DNA of 64,000 bases from Camelus ferus (lineage: Eukaryota), in the NCBI RefSeq assembly GCF_009834535.1, contig NC_045696.1:116562001-116626000 (forward strand). Direction: 5' to 3'. The notes under the pieces were generated by a model, which did no database searches, was not told the origin of the DNA, and worked only from the letters and a program-made list of their open reading frames with translations. Position numbers and translations under genes: made by a program. The first letter of the stretch is position 1. Every line of letters begins with the position of its first letter. Below, in pieces: positions 38,730 through 51,587 of the stretch.

Positions 38730-39730
38730 TTACTTCTCACCACCTCCACTACCCAAGTCTCAGCCACCATCACCTCTTGCTTGGATTATTGCAGTAGACT
38801 CCTAACAAGTCTTTCTGTCTCAGCCCTACCCTTTTCATTCTAGTCTCAATTCGACAGCAAGCATGATGCTGATAAAGCTGAAATCAGATCATGTCATTCC
38901 TCAACTTGAAAACCCTTTCATTGCTTCCTACGTCTCAGAATAAACACGAAGGTCTTTACAGTGGCCTTCGAGGGTCTACCTAGTCCCCTCCCCTCTACAC
39001 TCTGACCCTCCTTCCAACTCCTCTCCCACTTGCTCTGCTGGCACTGGCCTCCTGGCTGTTCCCTCAGACAGGCCAGCACTCCCCCGGGGCCCTCTTCTCT
39101 CTCCATCTGGAATGTGCTTCCCTAGATATCTATACGTTTAGCCCCTCCACCCTCTTCATGCCTTTGTTCCAGCACCACTTGCTTAACAAGGTCTTCCTTG
39201 ATCATCCCATTTAATTTGCAATACCTCTAACCTACTATAAGCTCTCTCTGTGACCCTGCCCAAGTTTTTATTTTCCTTCGTAGCACTTGGTTTTGTTCAC
39301 TTGTCTCTTCTGACTAGAATGTCACATCCAGGAAGCAGCAACATTTGTCCTTTTTGTTCACCGCTGGATCCCCAGTTTCCTAACACCAGAGCAGTGGCTT
39401 GGAGGGAGAGAATATTTATTACTTTGGCTGCTGGGGCCCACCCTGTGGGGTGGCCTCAAGCTGGCTGTGCTCCCTAAGTCACTGCTTCTCTTAAGGTGGA
39501 CCGCTATTACCACACTCTCTCCCGATGACTTCCGGCCATGCCCTGGTTCCCTCTGTACCATGGACTCAGGACACCTACAGGTCTGATGTTTGAGCCCACA
39601 TTATTGCTTTCCTCTTCACCCTGCCCACACTTTATACTGAGTTCCTACTGAAAATCTCATTTGAGTATGCCATTCATTTCCTGCTGAGGCCCTGACTAAT
39701 ACAGTGGTCAGTAACTATTTTTGAATGATT
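38730..39730 (+). mobile_element. L2a-like 3' fragment with an LTR-like insert (~39390-39700)
   Basis: gccaccatcacctcttgcttggattattgcagtagactcct...aaatcagatcatgtcattcc; the insert ends cctgactaataca and the L2 tail tttgaatgat resumes. Confidence 0.75.
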
Positions 39731-40909
39731 AAAAAACAGATTTTTAAGGACAAAGGGGGTACTTTTACAGGTTTATACTAAATTTTATACATATTCTTGT
39801 ATCACGTCTAATGAATGAGACTGTAGTAATTCTAAGTCTTGAAGAAGGATTCAGTGAATGTTCACAGTATACAGAATTTAGAATGTTTCAGATTACTTTT
39901 AATGAATTTAAATATGAGATTCTAAGCTCCTTGGCATGCAAAAAATAGCTTTCTCATCTTTTTTTCTTATAAATGTATTTTATATTCATGAAGATTTCAT
40001 TTCTTAACAAACTGTACAAAGCTGAGTCTGTAATAATTAACTTAAAACAAAGCAAGGGAATATTTTCAACAGTTTTAGACACTCAATAACTGAAGGTATC
40101 CTTGTTAGCAAATAAAAGACTAACAATTTGATTTAATTTAAATAAACATTTTTACATTATTTCTTAGCATGAGACCTATGGAATGGCTTCATTTCAACAT
40201 GGACAAGAACTAGAAAAGAAACAGAAATTAGCATTAATGAAGCTCTGCTTTCTCGTGAGATTTTAGGAGCCTAAAAGTGTTTGATTTTGATTAATGCTAA
40301 TTACTAGCTTACAGAGAAAGTCTGAAAAGGCAGAATATAGATGTTGACTCGTCTTTATACTGAACTTTGTTTAGCTAGTGACCACAATTCTACAAGTGAA
40401 TTGTTAAAAGTAGCTATCTAGTTGCTATCACTATCTTGCCTCCTAGAAAGCTCACTTGGATTACACAAGAGAGATGAGTAGTCTCTTCCTAAATTGGAGT
40501 GCTGTGGAATGGTTGGCGAGGTGGAACAAAGGCTTCCTTTGAAAATTTGTGGGATGGGACCAGGCGACTGCTAAGTTAAAATCTGTCAGTTTGGCTAGGG
40601 TGTAGTAGCTCAGAGGTCTATCATAGGATCAATGGATTGTCATCGTATCTTGATTTCTATTTCCTTTTATCTGTCTGGTTACTAAGATTTTGTGTGTGTG
40701 CACGTGTGTCCTCACATTTCATCTACCTTTAAAATATATAGTAAAAAATGCATCTAATCACTCCATCATGCTTTGGTTTGAAAGGCCGAAGTTTTGCTTC
40801 TATCTGGCAATTTTAATTTCAAGAGGAGTTAGAATCGAGCTTTTCCAAAGGAACAAGTTTCTAAATGGAATTTAAGTTAATATTTTTGAAGTTTATACAT
40901 CCTACTCAT

Positions 40910-41380
40910 TAGACTGTGCTGCTTAACTACTGTTAAATAACAAACCACCACAAAACCTCCATATATAACAAAAAGCATTATTTTCCTCATGCACCTGCAG
41001 GACAGCTGGGAGGCAGGTGATCTAGACTGGAATTGGCTGGTCGGCCAGCTTTGCTGATCTTGGCTAGACTCACTCCTGTGTCTCTGAGCAGCCTAGAGAG
41101 CTAGTTCTGTTCCACGTGATATTTGCCCTTGCTTGGGACTAGTAGGCAAGACCAGGCATAAACTTCTCACAGAGATGACAGAAACATAAGAATGTAAACA
41201 GAAACACTCAAGGCCTTTTAAGGCCTAGGCCGAACCAGTCCAATTTCATTTCCATCCCATTCTTCTATTGGCCAAAGCAAGTCACATTTTTTTAGAATGA
41301 GTAACTGCAAATTCCATGACAAAAGGTGTGGGAACAAGTGTGGGTGTGAAGACTTGGGGCTAATGATACAATTTATCACA
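40910..41380. mobile_element. MaLR LTR (MLT1-type)
   Basis: aataacaaaccaccacaaaacctc...cattcttctattggccaaagcaagtcaca. Confidence 0.65.
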
Positions 41381-42799
41381 AAGACCATCTAATCCAAGAA
41401 CACTTAATGTAATTAATTTGCTCAGTTTTCTATTTAAACCCAATGGTCGTATTGTTTTGCAAAGTATCAGGGCTGGTTTCCTTTACATGATATTTCTTTA
41501 GTGCTTTATTTTCCCTACTCTGTTCCACAACTCCATCTATTTCATTTTGAGCAAGTTAGGGCAAAGTCTTTAATTCTAGGGTATTTTCACTGCTTTGCAA
41601 AGAATGCTAATCAAAATGCTTGCTGTTTCTTATTTCACTTTGATCAGTTCAATTAAGGCCTTGCAATTTCAGAAATACAAAAGTACAATAATTATAGACA
41701 AATTGAAGACAATATGCAAATATTTCAGTCCAAAGGCGACACACCCAAGTGTTCACTAAGCTTTACTAATTATGTTGTAAAAGTAAAACCAACTAAAATT
41801 CTTTGAAAGGAGCAGTCCAGAATTTAGGCCTACACCCACGAAAGCCATTTCCCTAGCTGACAGTTCTTTGGACTCTGAAAATAACCAGAGCCAATTTCCT
41901 AGTGAAAGAGGACAAGGGTTGCTTATACCAGTGCAGGTTGATATTTTTTGAAGTCTTTGGCCCCAGTGCTTTGCGGGCAGACAATTTTTGGGCAGATATG
42001 TAGGAGATACGTATGCCTAGGGCAATGTGAAGTTTAGCAAACTAGACAAAAAGTAAATACAGGTGACTACCAAGGTCAACAGGAGCTAGTTTATGACAGA
42101 TCTTGATTTTGCAGGAGAGTCAAGGCTGTGATCATCCTAGATGAAGGTGTGTTGAGGCCTGTCCGGATGGAGGGATGGAGGGGTGTGATCACCAGGAGTC
42201 TATTTGTACAAATGGCAGGAGACCTCTTGGGAAAGACACTTCCTGAAAAGGCAGAGTGTGTATGTTGGCACAATAACAGCCCCAAAGCACTGGCAGGGAG
42301 AAGGTAATTTTAAACACTATATATAGATTATCCTCAATTATGGCCTGCATGAGTTGGTCTTGAGTTTTAGACAGGAGGGAGGGGGCTACCAATGAAATTG
42401 AAGGTTAAGTTTCTCCCAAATTCTAAGTGACATGGAAGACACAGGCATTCACTCTTGAAATTTGTAGGGAGAAACACTTAAGCCTCTTTTCTCAAGTTTC
42501 TGTCTCACTACATTATAGGCATGAGGGTTGAATGAACTTTTGTTCCATATTCCCTTAGGCAGGCAGAGAAACACTTCTGGTTTCTCTTACTCTCGGTAAG
42601 GGAGGTGGAGGAGCTAAGCTCATTGGGGAGAACTTTGTTCACTGGGATATACCCACTAGATAGGAACGTGCTCATATGTGGCATACTGTCTTTATTTTCT
42701 ACTTTCTGGGAATTTTTGTCTCCCTGAATTTAACCTGGGAAGGGCTCAGAGCCCATATTCTGAAGAAGGTCTTATGAGCTAGACCAAACACAAAAGACA

Positions 42800-43047
42800 A
42801 ATCTACAGGGATACAGAAAACAAAGCAGAGTGGGAAGGGGCGATGGACAAATTAGGGGTATGGGACGAACAGATACAAACTACTGCATATAATATAAGTA
42901 ACCAACAATATATTGTAGAGCATGGAGAATTACAGTCATTATCTTGTAATAACCTACAATGGAATATAGTCTGCAAAAATCCTGAATGACTATGCTGTAT
43001 ACCTGAAATTAATATAATATTGCAAATCAACTATACTTCAATAAAAC
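42800..43047 (+). mobile_element. Short L1 3' UTR terminus (artiodactyl/camelid-type)
   Basis: gacaaattaggggtatgggacgaacagatacaaactactg...gcaaatcaactatacttcaataaaa. Confidence 0.88.
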
Positions 43048-45896
43048 ACAAGGTGAGTTTAGATTTAGGACTAGCAGGGGTGATTTCTTTAACTAGCCCA
43101 AAGTGACTATGATTTTGTTTTACTGCAGCATCAGTGAGCAAGTCATGGGATGGGTATACAGGAGGCTGAGGATACTTGATGGCACTCATGGAGGAAGCTC
43201 CATCCTTCCTCCTGGATCCCCACGTAGGCACATAAGAAGTTCCATCTCCACAGCCGATGCAGAGTGAAGAATCTTCCGGGTCAGAGGGACACAAGGTGGG
43301 AGGAAGATGGGCAAGTCAAGCAACCTAAAATGAATGTCCTAATGTGTGATGTGCTATAGGTACATATATATACTTAGTTTTCTCTTGCTATATCTTTGGG
43401 TAAGGCTTCCATGCAGTGGTCCTGGCCATGATTGACTTTTATGTCATCATTCTCTAAGTTTTCTCTGTTCTGTGTAACTGGGTGTATAAGGTAGGACTGT
43501 TTGTGAAAGCAAATAGGAGTCTGATTTACAGCCCCTGTAATGCCTCCGGGTGCATGGCTGAGCGTGCAGGCTCGAAGATCTAGGTTTGGAATGGCAGGTG
43601 GGAGGTTCATCTTTGGCCTCCTAATTACACCATCCAACACAGTTACACAAAGGCCTCACATTTTGGACATTTCCATATAAATAAACCAGCACTTTGTTTC
43701 TTATTTGTCTTGTGTGTGTTGCAGCATTCTGAACTGCTAACAAGGTACATTTGGTGGAGAGGAGCAAGCGTGAGGCTGTCTGTTTTATCCACTGTTCTAC
43801 TGAGAGCACTGGGCACTCAGCAGGGGACGGCGTGCACCATACTGGAGATTTGGCAGCTTCAGCAAAGCACAACATGAGCACAGCATGACTTCAGACGACA
43901 TTGATAAAAGATGTCATCAGAAGCAGCATCAGTGAAATTGCACATTCACCAGGTTTCACGGAGACTGGAGGCTTGCTGATTCTGCCACACGGCGCCAGAG
44001 CCGAAGCCAGAGCAAAAGCACAGGAAGTGGTGGCTGAGAGGCCCTGCTCTTCAATACCAGTGAGACATCTCCAGGGGACAAGCAGGAGTGCTTGGGGAAG
44101 CTTCTAAGGGGATCTGGAAGATGCTCAGTAATAGGTGAGGGCAAAATTAGAAAACTACTGTGTTCCTATAAATATGACTCTCTGTCACTCCCAAACTGGT
44201 AGGGCCTGCGGACACACAGGTTGCCAAGGAGTATGAACAGCTGTTTGGCAATAGTTAAAAAATTCTAGTCATATCTAATCTGATAGCCAACTTGGGTGCT
44301 TGAAATAGACTCTTTGATTGGTATGATGATTTTGAATCTTTTATTTTCTTTTTGTTGTTGTAGACTGAGAATGGGAAGCTTTGGCATCTGTTTTTAGCAT
44401 TTTGACAGCTTTTGCATTACTGATTCCTGAATCTATCAATTAAAATGCTATTATTTTCTATGTCCTATGTGTTTGCGACAGGATGGGTGATGATCACATA
44501 CACAGAGGAGAGTGATGGAGGGACAAAAGGAGGGAAGATTTGGCAATAACACAGGAATTTCAAGTTTTAATCCACATTAGATTATAAACCCCTCAAGTAT
44601 ATTTTTTTGATGAACACAGTATTTCCAATTCCTAGCACAGTATATGACATAATAGAAGCTCAGGATTTTTTGATGAATAAGTATTTACTGCATCTGTGTA
44701 TTATTATCTATGCAACATGTAAAAGAAACAGTCTATAGGACGTTGTGCTTTGAGGAGACACTGAAGGGGAAAAAGTAAAATGAAGACAAAGCAGAGAAAA
44801 ACTGAACTGAAAACAAAAGATTTTCAAGAGGGAAAGTGACATGAATCTGTCACTTTAAACTCTAAAGCGACCATCAATCAATTTAAGGGCTTTTCTTGGG
44901 TTTTATTCTTTGTCCAATGTTGCCTCTTCAAACAGTAGGAAACTGTGCATGCATTTTCTGGGAATATTTATTGAAGAAAAGTAATTCAGAGCATAAGACA
45001 GAACAGATTCTTGGCTGCATATGAACAATTTGTTCCAAAAAATCAGATTTACATGTTATTGTAGTGATCAAATGAAGACTGTCTTTCAAGATCTGCCTTA
45101 CCAAGACCCTGGCCTCTTACACTAACTCACATCTCTTCATCATGGTGATGGCCCTGTGCCCTTAATGAAACCATCAGAAATGGGGGGCTGAGTGGGGGGA
45201 AGGGGCCAGGATGGCCCCGGCTGGGGGTTGTTCCCATGCTGTCACCTCAGAACAGCAGAGAGCTACAGAGGGGTGCCATTGGAGTCACTGTAAGAATTCT
45301 GAATATCAAAAAGACATCTTTTGCAGAAAGGAGAGCAGCACAAGCTTCCCAAAGAGCTGACATATTTTCAAGCTGAAAGCTAGGTAGTGCTTTTTCTTCC
45401 TTAAAAATAAGCCTTTGCTGTAAAATAAAATGCCACAATCAATCATTGGATTTCACTGTTATAATTTGTTCAGTTCTTTTAAGTTAAAGTGTGGTTAAAA
45501 TCTGAAAGACACACTTTTTAAAAAAAAAAAAAGTATAAGATTGATGAGGAGAAGAAAGAAGTTGTGACCCTCCCTGCCCTTCCTACCCAGCACTGACAAC
45601 GACAGTGCATTTTCAAGGAAGGATAAGGTATGTTTTGTCACCTTAATATGCTCAAAAGACATCTTTTCACTAAGATGTCTGGGATGTGGTTATTTCTCAC
45701 AAAGTCTTGCTGTAGGATTCTTTCCCTTTAAAAGTATATTATGACTGCTGTAATAAAATACGTTTATCCAGAAGAAGACTCACAGATACAGAAAACAAAC
45801 TTGGTTATGAAAGGGGGAAGGAGCGGGGAGGGAGGGATAAATTAGGAGCTTGGGATTAATAGATACACACTCTTATATATAAAATAGATAAACAAT

Positions 45897-47645
45897 ACTG
45901 TGTTCTTGGCTTGAAAGAATCAATATTGTTAAAATGGCCATATTGTCCAAGGCAATATACAGATTCAGTGCAATCCCTATCAGGTTACCAACGACATTTT
46001 TCACAGAACTTAAACAAAAACTTTTAAAATTTGTATCAAAACATAAAAGACCTCAAGTAGATAAAACAATCTTGAGAAAGAAGAATAGAGCAGGAGGAAT
46101 CACACTCCCCGACTTCAGACTATACCACAAAGCTACAGTAATCAAGACAGTATGGTACTAGCACAAAAACAGACAGAGATCAATGGAACAAGATAGAAAG
46201 CCCAGAAATAAACCCACACACTTATGGCCAATTAATCGACAGCAAAGGAGGTAAAAATAAACAATGAAGAAAAGACAGTCTCTTCAATAAGTGGTGCTGG
46301 CAAAACAGAACAGCTACATATAAAAGACTGAAATTAGAACATTCTCTAACACCATATACAAAAATAAACTCAAAATGGATTAAAGACCTAAATGTAAGGC
46401 CAGATACTATAAAACTCCTAAAGGAAAACATAGGCAGAACACTCTTGACATGAATTGCAGCAATATTTTTTTTTCAAATCAGCTCTTAGAGTAATGGAAA
46501 TAAAAGCAAAAATAAATAAATGGGGCTTAATTAAACTTAAAAGCTTTTGCACAGCAAAGGAAATCATAAATAAAACAGAAAGACAAACCTATGGGATGGG
46601 AGAAAATGTTTGCAAATGACATGACCAACAAGCAACTAATTCCAAAATATACAAACATCTCATATAGCTTAATATCAAAGAAACAAACAGCCCAATAATA
46701 AAATGGGCAGGAAACCTAAACAGACATTTCCAAAGAAGACATACAAATGGGCAACAGGCACATGAAAAGATGCTCAATATTGCTAACTATTAGAAAAATG
46801 CATATCAAAACTACAATCAAGTATCACCTCACACCAGTCAGAATGGCCCTCATTAAAAACCCTACAAATAATAAATGCTGGAGAGGGTGTGGAGAAAAAG
46901 GAACTCTCCTACACTGTTGGTGGGAATGTAAATTGGTGTAGTCAATATGGAGAACAGTATGGAGGTTCCTTAAAACACTAAAAATAGACTTACCATATAA
47001 TCCAGCAATTCCACTCCTAGGCATATACAGAAAACTATAATTTGAAAAGACACATGCAACCCAATGTTCATAGCAGCATTATTTATAATAGCCAAGACAT
47101 GGAAACAACCTAAATGTCCACTGACAGATGACAGATCAAGTATATGTGGTGTGTATGTGTGTATGTGTGTGTATATATATAATGGAATATTACTCATGAA
47201 AAAGAATGAAATAATACTATTTGCAGCAACATGGACGAGTCTAGAGATTATCATATTACATGAAGTAAGTCAGACAGAGAAAGACAAATATCAATTATCA
47301 CTTATATGTGGAGTCTAAAACAATGATACAAATTCTATTTACAGACCAAGAATAGACTTATGGACACAAAAAACAAACTATGTTTACCAAAGGGGAAAGG
47401 GCAGGGGAGGGGTAAATTAGGAGTTTGGGATTAACAGATACACATTACTATGTACAAAACAGATAAACAACAAGGACCTATACAACAAGGCAAGGGGGAC
47501 TATATTCAGTTTCTTGTAATAACATATAATGGAGAGGAAAAAATACACAGGTATGTATATGTGTAACTGAATTTTGCTGTATACCTGAAATTAACATTGT
47601 AAATCAACTACACTATAATAAAAAGTAAAATTTTAAAAACATAAA
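45897..47645 (+). mobile_element. 5'-truncated L1 nested inside the 3' UTR of another L1
   Basis: ORF2 motifs [16 protein letters not shown]...[11 protein letters not shown] and HCWWEC, followed by a 3' UTR. The flanking pieces 45773-45896 and 47646-47735 are consecutive parts of one L1 3' UTR. Confidence 0.9.
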
Positions 47646-47879
47646 ACCAACATGGACCTCTTGCACAGAAGAGGGAACTATATTCAATATCTTATAACCT
47701 ATAATAGAAAAGAATCTGAGTAAGAATATATACATAAAATATGCCTGTCTTCTCCTTGATTGATTTTATTGACGGCTTCCTGCCCTCCATTTTCTCTAAT
47801 GTGTTTTCCTGGATAGGATGGATGGATTGATCGTTTAATTTTTTCCCTTTTCTCCCCTACTTTCTATTTCTCTGCCTTT

Positions 47880-47944
47880 TTCCCTCTCTTTCTCTCCCTC
47901 CCTCTCTGTCTGTCTCTTTCTCTCTCTCTCACACACACACACAC
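47880..47944. repeat. (TC)n-(CA)n compound simple repeat
   Basis: Visible directly in the sequence. Confidence 0.85.
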
Positions 47945-48519
47945 AATCTTTGGTTTGTCTTCCAATCCTTCTCTTGACTTCTTTATTTCTGATATCATGT
48001 TTTTCATCTTCAGTGTTTCTTTCTTATTTCCTGAATGCTCCTTTTTAAAATAACATCCTGTTCTTATTCCATGTGTGCAATGTATTCTGTGATCTCTGAG
48101 TATAGTGGTGTATGTATACATGAGAAGTTTTTTTCTCCTAGTAGTCTTCTTTTTTCCAGTTCTTGTTTTCTATTTATTTGTTGTAGTCTCTATCTTTTGG
48201 GCAATCCTTGCTTGCCAACTCTTATTTAGTCAGAGACAAAAAGGCTGATTTGGAAGCTCTGAGGACAATACACAGAGCTCGCTGATTGAGAAGTGTAGTA
48301 TGGAGTGCTCAGGTTGGAGGTTTGTTGGGAAACCCGTAATATCATTATCTTTGGTTCTGCCCTCTGGGCTGCTCAGATTCCCAAGAGAAGACTCTTCACC
48401 TTTCTACCTGAGAGCCTGGTGAAGAAAGGGACTGGCTGGCTTCTTTTCACTCAGCATACTTCTCTTGAGTTCTACCAGACTCGTTGTGTGTAACAATAGA
48501 TAATATAAACAGAATCAAA

Positions 48520-49830
48520 GAGTATGTAACTCTTTGAGATTGGCTTTTTCACTCAGCATAATTCCCTTGAGTTTCACCAAAGTGGCTGCACGTATTCATA
48601 GTTTATTCATTTTTATTGCCAAGTAGTATTCCGTGGTATGGATGTCCTGCAGTTTGTTTAACCATTCACCCACTGCAGAAGATCTGGATTGTTTTCAGCT
48701 TTTGGCTATGATCAATAGAACTGCTATGGACTTAAATGTATAGGTTTTTGTATGAACATAAGTTTTATTTCCCTGGGAATGCCGAGAAGTACAATTATTG
48801 GATAATATGGTAAACACATGTTTAGTTTCAAAAGAAATTACCAAACTATTTTCCAGAGCACAGTGCTATTTTGCATTTCTACCAGTGATGTATGAGTTAT
48901 TTAGTTGCTCTGTATGTTCTCTAGTGTTTGGTGTTTGTTCATCATTAAATAGGTTGTTTGTTTTCTTGTTACTGAGTTTTGAGAGTTATTTTTATATTCT
49001 GGATACAAGATCTTTAGTAGATATGTTTTTCAAATATTCTCTCCCACTCCATGGCTTGTCTCTTTATTATCTTGACATATCTTTTACATAGCAAAAACTT
49101 TTTTTATTTTGATGAAGCCCTACTTATCAGTTTTTTCCTTTACAGATTGTACTTTTGGTGTCTTCTCTGTGAATGATTAGCTTAACCCAAGGTCACAAAG
49201 ATTTTATCCTGTTTCCTTCCAGAAGTTTTAGAGCTTTAGATTTTATATACAGCTCTTTGACTCATTTTGAATTAATTTTTATGTATAGTATAAAGTACGG
49301 ACCTTTTTTATATGTGGATACTGAATTGCTTCAGCACCATGTGTTAAAAGGCTATTCTTTTTCCATGGAACTGCCTTGCATCTGTCAAAAATCAGCTGAC
49401 CATATTTTTGAGGGTCTGTTTCTGGATTGTCTATTCCACTCTTCTGATCTATATATGGTTTTACCAACATCACAGCTTTATAGTAAGACTTGAAGTCAGG
49501 TAGTGTCAATCTTCCAACTTTGTGCTTCTTTTTAAAAATTGCTGGACTACGCTAGTTCCTTTATTTTTCCATATTCATTTTAGAATCGGTTTATCAATAT
49601 CTACAAAAATCTTGCCAAGATTTCTTTTGGGATTGTAATGAATATACAGGTTCAATGGGGAGAACTGACATCTTAACAACACTGAGTGTTCTAATCCACA
49701 AGCACGGTATGTGACTCCATTTATTAAAGTCTTCTATGATTTATCAGCGTTCTGTAGTTTTCACATAGGTCATGCATCTATCTTGCTTGATTTATACCTA
49801 AGTGTCTCACATTTTTCGGTGCTATTATAA
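48520..49830 (-). mobile_element. Older antisense L1 ORF2/3' fragments
   Basis: Minus-strand ORF 49279..49509 reads TLPDFKSYYKA...IDNPETDPQKYGQLIFD; antisense L1 motifs throughout. Confidence 0.85.
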
Positions 49831-51151
49831 GTCGTTGTGGCAGTTATCAACTTGCTTTCCATTTCCCAGGTGATATTTTTCACCTGTTAATCCTCAGAGG
49901 CTAGGACACTGTCTAGCATAGACTAAGCACTTAATAAATATTTATTGACTATAGATCTTAACGTTAGAAAATTTGAGTTCTATTCCTGGCTCTACTCACT
50001 GTCATATCTTGGGTAAGACACACAACCTCCCTGAGCCTGATTTTATCCCTCTGAAAATAATGCAGTGGGTCTAGATGATATGTAAGCATATTTGAGCCCT
50101 ACTTATTTTGTGAGTCTAAGACTGAGCCAATTTGACATGAATTGCCAAAGCCTATCTTTTCCCCCTGCTATTCTGGATGACTTATCTGAGCCTAGCAGAA
50201 AGAAATCAGAGGGAAAATAAAATTCACCAAAGTTTTTCTTAACCTACTCCACTGTCCAACTGAATTGAATACTCTCGACATTAAATGTTTAAAACTTCAA
50301 AAATGAGTATTTACCGGGATTAGTGGATCATGATGGAAAGAGAAGAAAGTTATGGTGATACCTGCTTATTTCCTCCTCCATTTCACAGCCCTAGGAGTAT
50401 AATTTAGGATAGCATATTCTCACAATCTGAGCATCTCCAAGATGGATGTGTCTGGCATTAATGCTCTGATAATGAACATTCCCAGGCAATCAATTTGATC
50501 TTATATGGTACTCTTTAAGTTAAAAGGAATCTTAGGCCTCATGGAATCATGCAAAGTAAAAAAATTATGGCAGCCAGAGCAATTCCACTTACCTTCTCCT
50601 CTCCCTCATCCATGTGAAATAGTGCCCATTTCATGACTCACTGGTCCCTTATTGTCTCAGGTTGTTACAGCAGAAGAAGGAGTCTGATTTTCATTGGCTA
50701 TTTACTCCTAAGATTATTTCAGAGAAGTGGTGGCTTTGAATATTTTATCTTACTTAGGGAGACAAAATTTGGTACTACTGAATTTTAATCACTCTTGTGG
50801 TTAGGTCTCGCTGACCAGTACAAAAGTTATCTCCTTTCATGCACTCAAATTATTGCATTCTAAATTAATACTGTATGACTCTCATCCTTTTCCAGAGTGA
50901 AAATAACTGCAATCAAAAAATTCTTTTAGAAAAAAAATTTTTTAAAAATTGTCATGTTCACTACTAGTATTCCTTCTCTACCTCTGCATTTGGGATTGTA
51001 TGTCTACCACTCAATGGAAACTGTTCTTGCAAAAGTTATCTGTAGCTTCATTTTGGTCTTCCTTTACTCTTAGACTTATTTGAGTCACTCAAAGCCTCTG
51101 GCCACCATTTTTCTTGGTGTTTTCCCTTATTATAAATAGATAACTTAATTG

Positions 51152-51587
51152 ATAAAATAAAGTTATAGCTTGGAAAATCTCAGTTTGTGGCCTGAGATTC
51201 TATAACACATCTTAAAATGTTAGGTTTTTAACTTCTCTGGCTGCTTTTTCTTTTTCTCCTTTACTCGTTTTTCCAGAACTGGAGTGGCTCTGCAGTTATG
51301 AAGAAGAGTGATCTGGAGGGACTGACAATCAGAAACCAGCTGGGGGCAGGTGGGGGCCAGTCATGGCAGATGTCAGCAAGGACAAGTGACAAATGAAGAC
51401 CACTCCAACATCCTGGCACTACATAGCCCTTCTAGAACTACGGGCAGAAATGCAGCAAAAGTATGAAAGGACCTGAAACTGATGAGGTTAATTTTTCACA
51501 CCTAGCAGAATGAGAGCTCAAAAAAAATTTATTTGTAGAAATAAATTAAAGTTATAGCTTGGCAAATCACAGTTTGTGGCCTGAGAT
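51152..51587 (+). repeat. 47-bp direct repeat pair (51152-51198 and 51541-51587)
   Basis: ataaaataaagttatagcttggaaaatctcagtttgtggcctgagat versus ataaattaaagttatagcttggcaaatcacagtttgtggcctgagat; 3 mismatches. Confidence 0.9.

Noticed and set aside
44833..44856. Hairpin aaagtgaca-N6-tgtcacttt (and a similar 9-bp stem near 45657-45680) as a pre-miRNA or terminator
   Set aside because: The stems are too short for a pre-miRNA and are expected by chance in 64 kb; bacterial terminators do not apply here.
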